NCBI GenBank assembly: GCA_017535945.1
Contig: JAFXTJ010000007.1
Coordinates: 1,911 to 65,910, forward strand
DNA: 64,000 nt
DNA from: Lachnospiraceae bacterium
GTDB taxonomy: Bacteria > Bacillota > Clostridia > Lachnospirales > Lachnospiraceae
Direction: 5' to 3'
The notes under the pieces: generated by a model
Seen by the model: the letters and a program-made list of their open reading frames with translations, nothing else
What the model was told of the DNA's origin: nothing
Databases searched by the model: none
Part shown: positions 57,201-64,000 of the stretch, piece by piece
How the letters are laid out: each line of letters starts with the position of its first letter
Numbering within the stretch: position 1 is the stretch's first letter
Translations under genes and position numbers: made by a program

Positions 57201-58523
57201 GTGATCGAGGTAAAGGGGATCGTAAAGCGCTACGGCGGTCATACGGCCGTGGACCATATCAGCTTTACGATGGAGAAGGGCAAGATCTACGGATTCCTCG
57301 GACCCAACGGTGCCGGGAAATCCACGACGATGAACATCATGACGGGCTATATCGCCGCCAGCGAGGGCACCGTATCCATTGAGGGTTTTGATATCCTGAA
57401 GAAGCCCGAGGAAGCCAAGAAGCATATCGGCTATCTGCCGGAACTGCCGCCGCTTTATCAGGATATGACGGTGCTCGAGTATCTGCGCTTCGTGACGGAA
57501 TTAAAGCGTGTCCCCAAGGCGGAACGCCGCGATCAGATCACGCGGGTCCTCAAGATGACCATGCTGGGTGACTATCAGGGACGCCTGATCAGGAATCTCT
57601 CCAAGGGTTACAAACAGCGCGTGGGCCTCGCACAGGCCCTCATCGGTTCTCCCGAGGTGATCATCCTGGATGAACCCACGGTCGGACTCGATCCGCAGCA
57701 GATCCTCGAGATCCGGGATCTCCTGCGTTCCCTTAAGGAAGACCATATCATCATGCTGAGCTCCCATATCCTGTCGGAGGTGAATGAGATCTGTGATGAG
57801 GTGATGATCCTGTCGCACGGACATCTGGTGGCCAGCGGGACACCGCAGGAACTGGAGAAGATGATGGATCAGTCCGTCACCGTCAAGATCGTCGTGCTCG
57901 GCAATGAGGATGCCCTGCGTGCCGCGCTGGAAGGCGTTGAACATATCGCCGGGATCAGCTGCGTGACCGACGGCCCGGCTGTATCCGCGACGATCACAAC
58001 GGAAAACCTGTCTGCGAAAAAGCAGGAGACCGCCCGGACGGAAACGGAAGAAGAAACGGCCCGGGCGGAAGAAACCTATGCCGAAGAGCCGCAGGAGCAG
58101 GTTCCCGACAGTACTGAGATCACCGGCACGGATGAAACCGCAGAGAATAAGGATGTACAGGAACCCGCGGAGAACGATGAGATCCCTGCGGCCGATGAGA
58201 CTCCCGCACAGAGCGCATCGGAGCAGGATGCCGCACAGATCCGCGTCGAGATCGCCCGTGCGATCGCATCCGCAGGACTCCCCGTCCTGTATATGAACAC
58301 TGAGACCCATTCACTGGAAGAGGTCTTCCTCGAACTCACCGGTTCCGAAGGTGCGCAGTTCTTACCTGCCGATATGCTCGCGCAGGAGGAGACGGACGAT
58401 GCTTCGGATGCTCCGGAGACGGAGGAAGCATCTGACGGATATGCGGAGTCCGTGGAAGAGGATCCGTCTGCGGATACGCAGCCTGACACAGAGGATGAAG
58501 CTGGAGAGGAGGCAGCACAATGA
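57201..58523 (+). CDS. ABC-2 type transporter ATP-binding protein with acidic insertions
   Basis: GPNGAGKST, LSKGYKQR, ILDEPT, SSHIL. Confidence 0.93.
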   Translation: MIEVKGIVKRYGGHTAVDHISFTMEKGKIYGFLGPNGAGKSTTMNIMTGYIAASEGTVSIEGFDILKKPEEAKKHIGYLPELPPLYQDMTVLEYLRFVTELKRVPKAERRDQITRVLKMTMLGDYQGRLIRNLSKGYKQRVGLAQALIGSPEVIILDEPTVGLDPQQILEIRDLLRSLKEDHIIMLSSHILSEVNEICDEVMILSHGHLVASGTPQELEKMMDQSVTVKIVVLGNEDALRAALEGVEHIAGISCVTDGPAVSATITTENLSAKKQETARTETEEETARAEETYAEEPQEQVPDSTEITGTDETAENKDVQEPAENDEIPAADETPAQSASEQDAAQIRVEIARAIASAGLPVLYMNTETHSLEEVFLELTGSEGAQFLPADMLAQEETDDASDAPETEEASDGYAESVEEDPSADTQPDTEDEAGEEAAQ

Positions 58524-60652
58524 TCGCGATCTATAAGAGAGAGCTGAGCTCCTATTTCCGCACCGTTATCGGAGAAGTCTTTATCGGACTGAATTTCCTG
58601 ATCTTCGGGTTCTTCTTCTTAAGATACAACCTGCTCGGACTGTCCTCCAACCTAAACGGTGCGCTGTATAACACGGCCTTTATCGGACTGATGTTCATGG
58701 TCCCGCTTCTCTGCATGCGGTCTTTCTCGGAAGAGAAGCGGTTAAAGACCGATCAGCTCATCATGACAGCGCCCGTGAGCGTGGCCGGCATTGTTTTCGG
58801 CAAATTCCTAGCGATCGCTACAGTGTTTTCGCTCCCGACCGCACTTACCCTGATCCTGCCGCCCATCATGGGCCGGTTCGGAGATGTGCCTTACCTCTGG
58901 AACTATGCGGATATCCTGGACTACTGGCTCTACGGCCTCATGATCATCTCGATCTGCATCTTCATCTCCTCGCTGACGGAGAATCAGATCGTTGCCGCGG
59001 TCATCTCCGTGGTCGTGCTCCTTGCCTGCAATCTGCTCGGAGAGACCTTTGAGGGGATCAAGATCTCATGGCTCAAGGACATCCTGAATTCGACGATCAA
59101 TTTCAACGGCAGGCTCATGACGATCTATATGGGCAGCTTTGATCTCACCAGCATCGTCTTCTTCGTCTCGGTTACGGTCCTCTTCCTGTTCCTCACCGGA
59201 CAGGTCCTGCAGAAGCGCCGCTTTACCGTCTCCAAGGGGAATCTTACGATGACCGCCTACAGTTCCGCGACGATCCTGCTCGTGATCGCGCTTGTGGTAG
59301 GCGCCAATGTGGCGATCCTGCAGATACCGGATGAGATCCGCGAGGTCGATCTCACTTCGAGCCGTATGTATTCCCTCTCCAAAGAATCCAAAGAGATCGC
59401 GGCGGGGATCACGGACGATGTGACACTGTATTTCCTTGCAAGGGAGAATGACGAGGCTTCCGAGACAAGAGATCTCACGGTCGACAGGATCCTGAAGAAT
59501 TACGCGGCAGCGGGCAGTCATGTGACGCTCACCTATATCGATCCCGCCGCCAATACGAAGTTCTACCAGAAATACACGGACACGGATCCCGGCTATTCCG
59601 GTGTCATCGTGGTCAACGGCACGAACGGCAGGAGCAAGGCCGTCCCGTATAATGACATGTATCAGAAGGACTTCGATTATCAGACCTATTCCCAGCGCAC
59701 CACGGGCTCCGATATCGAGGGACAGATCACCGGCGCTCTGCAGTATGTGACGATGACCGAATCGGATCTGGTACAGGCCTATGCCACGTCCGGGCACGGC
59801 GAAATGGAGCTGGAGAACTATTACACGAAGATCCTGGAGAATGCGAACATCCATCTGCAGGGACTGGAGCTCTTAAAGGAGGGACAGGTCCCGGAGGACT
59901 GCGGCCTGCTCATCATCGATGCACCGCGTTATGACTTCACCCCCAGCGAAGAGGAAGCCGTTGAGGACTATCTGTCAAAGGGCGGCGATATCCTGATCGT
60001 CTCCGCGCCGAATGCGATGCCGGGCTCCATGCCCAATTTCAACAAGCTCCTGGCATGGTACGGCCTCTCCCTGACGGACGGTGTGGTACTCGATTATACG
60101 CAGGGCAATTACTATGCGACCTTCGGGACTCCGAGCTACCTGCTGCCGAACCTGAGTCTCGATGACGAGATCACCTCCGAGATCGCGAACAGTGCGCTGC
60201 AGACTGTCTTCATGCCGGAAGCGCAGGGCATCCTGTTTGATGAGCAGGATAAGATCTCCTATACGAGACTCCTTACCTCATCGGATGAGTCCTTCATCAG
60301 TTCGGACCCGCAGGATGCGGAATCCGCGAGCTATACGATGGGTATCCGCGCGGAGAAGACGCTCGATTCCGGCATGTCGATCGCCGTTGTCTACACGAGC
60401 GCGATGATGTTCACCAATCAGGCGGACGATCTGATCGCCGGCATGAACCAGAAGCTCTTTGATCATACGATCCGGGCGCTGGCCGAACTTTCGACCGATT
60501 TTGTGACGATCCCCGTGAAGTCGATGGATTCGTATCTCACGATCCCCATGACCATCGGAAATGTCCTTTCAGTCGTCGGATTCATCTTCATCGCTGCCGT
60601 TGTCATCTTTGCCATGGGCATCGTCATCTGGGCGGGCCGCAGAAAGAAATAA
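58520..60652 (+). CDS. ABC-2 permease fused to a GldG-like auxiliary domain
   Basis: MIAIYKRELSSYF, SEEKRLKTDQL, TENQIVAA; DLTSSRMYSLS, GHGE; C-terminal TM. Confidence 0.88.
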   Translation: MIAIYKRELSSYFRTVIGEVFIGLNFLIFGFFFLRYNLLGLSSNLNGALYNTAFIGLMFMVPLLCMRSFSEEKRLKTDQLIMTAPVSVAGIVFGKFLAIATVFSLPTALTLILPPIMGRFGDVPYLWNYADILDYWLYGLMIISICIFISSLTENQIVAAVISVVVLLACNLLGETFEGIKISWLKDILNSTINFNGRLMTIYMGSFDLTSIVFFVSVTVLFLFLTGQVLQKRRFTVSKGNLTMTAYSSATILLVIALVVGANVAILQIPDEIREVDLTSSRMYSLSKESKEIAAGITDDVTLYFLARENDEASETRDLTVDRILKNYAAAGSHVTLTYIDPAANTKFYQKYTDTDPGYSGVIVVNGTNGRSKAVPYNDMYQKDFDYQTYSQRTTGSDIEGQITGALQYVTMTESDLVQAYATSGHGEMELENYYTKILENANIHLQGLELLKEGQVPEDCGLLIIDAPRYDFTPSEEEAVEDYLSKGGDILIVSAPNAMPGSMPNFNKLLAWYGLSLTDGVVLDYTQGNYYATFGTPSYLLPNLSLDDEITSEIANSALQTVFMPEAQGILFDEQDKISYTRLLTSSDESFISSDPQDAESASYTMGIRAEKTLDSGMSIAVVYTSAMMFTNQADDLIAGMNQKLFDHTIRALAELSTDFVTIPVKSMDSYLTIPMTIGNVLSVVGFIFIAAVVIFAMGIVIWAGRRKK

Positions 60653-60661
60653 GGAGGATCC

Positions 60662-62116
60662 ATGAAGATCAGGACCAGATACGCACCAAGCCCCACCGGG
60701 CGCATGCATGTAGGCAATCTGCGCACCGCGCTTTATGAATGGCTCATCGCCAGACATGAGGGCGGGGACTATATCCTGCGCATCGAGGACACCGATCAGG
60801 AACGCTTTGTGGAGGGCGCCACGGAGATCATCTACCGCACCCTGCAGGCGGCAGGGATGGATCACGATGAAGGTCCCGATGTGGGCGGTGATTTCGGCCC
60901 CTATGTCCAGAGTGAGCGTGTAAAGAGCGGTATCTATCTGGAATACGCGAAAAAGCTCATCGACAAGGGCGAAGCCTATTACTGTTTCTGCACGCAGGAG
61001 CGCCTAAACAGCCTGAAGCAGAATATCGACGGCAAGGAGATCATGGTATACGACAAGCACTGTCTCTCGATCGATCCCGCAGAGGCACAGAGGCGTGTGG
61101 ATGCCGGCGAGCCCTATGTCATCCGCCAGAACAATCCCAGGGAGGGCACAACCAGCTTTACCGATGTCCTCTACGGCGAGATCAGCGTGGATAACGTGGA
61201 ACTGGACGATATGATCCTCATCAAGTCCGACGGCTATCCGACCTATAATTTCGCCAATGTGGTGGACGACCATCTGATGGGGATCACCCATGTCGTGAGA
61301 GGAAATGAGTATATCTCCTCCACGCCGAAGTACAACCGTCTCTATGAGGCCTTCGGCTGGGAGATCCCGCAGTACATCCATCTGCCGCTCATCACGGACA
61401 GCGAGCACAAGAAGCTCTCCAAGCGCGCCGGCGACACCTCCTTTGAGGATCTGGTGGAGCACGGATATCTGTCCGAGTGCGTGGTCAACTTCGTGGCGCT
61501 GCTCGGATGGTCCCCGGAGGACAACAAGGAGATCATGTCCTTGCAGGAACTTGTGGAGAAGTTTGATTACCACCGCATCAGCAGGTCGCCTGCCGTCTTT
61601 GATTATCAGAAACTCAAGTGGATGAACGGCGAGTACCTGAAGGCGATGGATCCCGACAGATTCTATCAGATCGCGGAATCTTTCATCAAAGAGACGCTGC
61701 CCGGTCTTACGGAAGCGCAATACCGCAAAGTCTCCGCCATGGTGCAGTCCCGCGTGGAACTGCCGCAGGAGATCCCGGATATGATCGACTTCTTCCGCGC
61801 ACTTCCGGAATATGACACCGCACTTTACTGTCATAAGAAGATGAAGACGGACGAAGCTTCGTCGCGTCAGGTTTTGCAGGAGATCCTGCCGTTCCTCGAG
61901 GGCCTTGACGATTATTCCAATGATCCCGTGTATGCCGCGATCAGCGGTTGGATCGCCGACAAGGGGTATAAGAACGGTTATGTCCTCTGGCCGCTCCGGA
62001 TCGCATTATCCGGGCAGGCGACAACACCCTGCGGTGCGACGGAGATCCTGGAACTGTTAGGTAAAGAGGAATCTCTCTCCCGGATACGAAAGGGGGTCGA
62101 AATGCTTGGCGGATAA
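60662..62116 (+). CDS. gltX: Glutamate--tRNA ligase
   Basis: RYAPSPTGRMHVGN, LRIEDTD, YCFC, PTYNFANVVDD, KLSKR. Confidence 0.98.
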   Translation: MKIRTRYAPSPTGRMHVGNLRTALYEWLIARHEGGDYILRIEDTDQERFVEGATEIIYRTLQAAGMDHDEGPDVGGDFGPYVQSERVKSGIYLEYAKKLIDKGEAYYCFCTQERLNSLKQNIDGKEIMVYDKHCLSIDPAEAQRRVDAGEPYVIRQNNPREGTTSFTDVLYGEISVDNVELDDMILIKSDGYPTYNFANVVDDHLMGITHVVRGNEYISSTPKYNRLYEAFGWEIPQYIHLPLITDSEHKKLSKRAGDTSFEDLVEHGYLSECVVNFVALLGWSPEDNKEIMSLQELVEKFDYHRISRSPAVFDYQKLKWMNGEYLKAMDPDRFYQIAESFIKETLPGLTEAQYRKVSAMVQSRVELPQEIPDMIDFFRALPEYDTALYCHKKMKTDEASSRQVLQEILPFLEGLDDYSNDPVYAAISGWIADKGYKNGYVLWPLRIALSGQATTPCGATEILELLGKEESLSRIRKGVEMLGG

Positions 62117-63992
62117 GATACCGCATATCGGCGCGAACGCTTCGCAGATGAAAGCGATCGCGCACCGCGCGGGTCCCGCAATGGTGCTGGCGGGACCCGG
62201 CAGCGGAAAAACCTTTGTCATCACACAGCGCATCCGATATCTCATCGAAGTCAGTCACACAGATCCTTCCACCATCCTCACCATCACATTTACCAAAGCC
62301 GCCGCCGCTGAAATGCGCAGCCGTTTCATGAAACTCACGGAGAACCGATATCCGGAGTGTGTATTCGGTACTTTTCATTCTGTATTTCTCCATATTCTCA
62401 CTACATACAGGGACAGCACGGGACAGGAGCAGGTAAAGATCATCCCGGAGCAGGAGAAATACCGGATCATCAGGATGAGTCTCACGGATCAGAAGGTGCA
62501 ACATCCGGAACTTGTCGTCACATCGGAGCTTGCTGGACAATATCTGTCTGAGATCGCGAAAAGAAAGGGAGGCATGAGAGATTGCGGGATCCCGGATGCA
62601 GGCAGGCGGAGTAAGATGCGGGAACATGCTGCGGATTGCGCTGTCCCTTACCCGGAAGTCTTTGAACAAGTCTATCGGGACTATGAGGCGCGTCTGAAAG
62701 AACTGGGCTATATCGACTTCGAGGATATGCTCCTGGACTGTCTGCGGCTTTTTTCAGAAAACGCGCAGGTATTGGATCTCTGGCGCAGACGATTCCGTCA
62801 TATCCAGATCGATGAATATCAGGATATCAACCGGGTCCAGTACGAGGTGATCTGGCTGCTTGCATCCCCGGCGGACAATCTGTTCGTGGTCGGTGATGAT
62901 GACCAGTCCATCTATGCGTTCCGCGGATCGGATCCGTCCTATATGCTCGGGTTTGAGCAGGCATATCCGGAGGCAAGGGTTTACCGGCTTGACCGCAATT
63001 ACCGCTGCAGAAAAGAGATCATCGATGTGGCCTCCCTCGTCATCGGGCAGAATAAGAACCGGATCGGGAAGACGCAGACCGCAGGGCGCGATGATGCCGG
63101 AGAAGTGTTGCTCAACGAATATCCGACAGCGGCAGAGGAGACCGCGGCGATCGCAGCCTGGCTGCGGGACGGCACAAATGACAAAGCCATCATCGTTCGC
63201 ACGAATCATCAGGCGGCATCCCTTGCGGAACAGCTCCGCGTCAGCGGGGCGGATGTCTGCGGCTATGAACAGATCACCGGCCGTAAGACCGGAAGAGAAC
63301 AGGTCAAGGATCTGATCGCATATTTAAAGCTTGCCTCACCGCATGCGACACAGGCGGACTATTACCGCGTAATGAACCGGCCCGTCCGGTATCTGTCCAG
63401 AGAAAGCCTGACACAGAGCACCTTCTCCATGGAACAGGTTGAGGCCTGGTACAGGGATCGTCCGTCGATGCGTGAGACGATCGCACGGTTCAAAAAGGAC
63501 TTAAAGCTCATCGGGACGATGCGGCCGGCCCTTTCGATCCGCTATATCCGCACGCAGATGGGTTATGATGCCTGGCTGAAAAAGGAGATCGGTGCGGATG
63601 CCTATGAAAAAGCCGCAGCCGTTCTGGATGAGCTGCAGAACAAAGCCTTGCAATACACCGGTTCCGACGCTTTTATCAGAGCCGTCACGATGGAGGAAGA
63701 GGAGCATAAAGAACGCCGGAAAGAACCTGTTTCCGCAAGGAAAGGTACCGGCGTCCGGATCCTCACGATGCATGCCTCCAAAGGACTCGAGTATGATGCC
63801 GTGTGGCTCCCTGCGGTCAACGAGGGGCAGATCCCGTCCCGCAAGAGCATCCTGCCGGATGAGATCGAAGAGGAACGCCGTCTCTTTTATGTGGCCATGA
63901 CGCGCGCCAGACACAGCCTGATCATTTCTTACCAGACCGGCACGGACAACTACCGCTGTGTGCCGTCGAGGTTTCTGAGACCGCTGTTGTAA
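62106..63992 (+). CDS. UvrD/PcrA-family ATP-dependent DNA helicase
   Basis: AGPGSGKT, ITFTKAAA, GTFHS, IDEYQD, VGDDDQSIY, NYR, TMHASKGLE, EERRLFYVAMTRA. Confidence 0.93.
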   Translation: MADKIPHIGANASQMKAIAHRAGPAMVLAGPGSGKTFVITQRIRYLIEVSHTDPSTILTITFTKAAAAEMRSRFMKLTENRYPECVFGTFHSVFLHILTTYRDSTGQEQVKIIPEQEKYRIIRMSLTDQKVQHPELVVTSELAGQYLSEIAKRKGGMRDCGIPDAGRRSKMREHAADCAVPYPEVFEQVYRDYEARLKELGYIDFEDMLLDCLRLFSENAQVLDLWRRRFRHIQIDEYQDINRVQYEVIWLLASPADNLFVVGDDDQSIYAFRGSDPSYMLGFEQAYPEARVYRLDRNYRCRKEIIDVASLVIGQNKNRIGKTQTAGRDDAGEVLLNEYPTAAEETAAIAAWLRDGTNDKAIIVRTNHQAASLAEQLRVSGADVCGYEQITGRKTGREQVKDLIAYLKLASPHATQADYYRVMNRPVRYLSRESLTQSTFSMEQVEAWYRDRPSMRETIARFKKDLKLIGTMRPALSIRYIRTQMGYDAWLKKEIGADAYEKAAAVLDELQNKALQYTGSDAFIRAVTMEEEEHKERRKEPVSARKGTGVRILTMHASKGLEYDAVWLPAVNEGQIPSRKSILPDEIEEERRLFYVAMTRARHSLIISYQTGTDNYRCVPSRFLRPLL

Positions 63993-64000
63993 ATAATATT

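Noticed and set aside
101-63914. Many long antisense or alternate-frame ORFs (e.g. 7705-8802, 12882-14051, 19251-20471, 35967-37298, 44154-45473, 45808-46971)
   Set aside because: They are shadows of well-supported genes in GC-rich DNA, with no recognisable motifs or start signals

Overview
This is a gene-dense, GC-rich, mostly plus-strand bacterial chromosome segment. Gene content and order point to a Bacillota/Clostridia organism, probably Lachnospiraceae-like (inference). Core loci: ylxM-ffh-rpsP-khpA-trmD-rimM-udp-rplS, lepB-rbgA-lepB-rnhB-FliK-like-FlhX-like-yraN, an OmpR/histidine kinase pair, prs, DUF512-der-plsY-(orphan)-gpsA (frameshifted)-folT-folC, tyrS, punA, mtaD-like, MutS-like, rnhA, xpaC-telA, a D,D-carboxypeptidase, a GGDEF/HD-GYP pair, pseF-like, GH13, dut, a Gld-type ABC exporter, gltX and a UvrD/PcrA helicase. 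I saw no rRNA, tRNA, CRISPR array, transposase or phage gene. The best candidates for undescribed biology are: (1) a two-kinase phosphorelay whose second hybrid kinase has a whole DegV/FakB fatty-acid-binding fold inserted between its receiver and Hpt domains, followed by a stand-alone DegV and a ClpX zinc-finger protein; (2) a 1120-aa DUF4062-STAND (NLR-like) protein coupled to punA; (3) a 183-bp nested palindromic element with 15-bp terminal inverted repeats and GAA-triloop hairpins; (4) an HD-GYP protein with a tandemly duplicated unknown beta-rich domain; (5) several apparently leaderless promoters; (6) a signal peptidase paralog lacking its catalytic Lys. All calls come from reading motifs by eye; no database searches were run.
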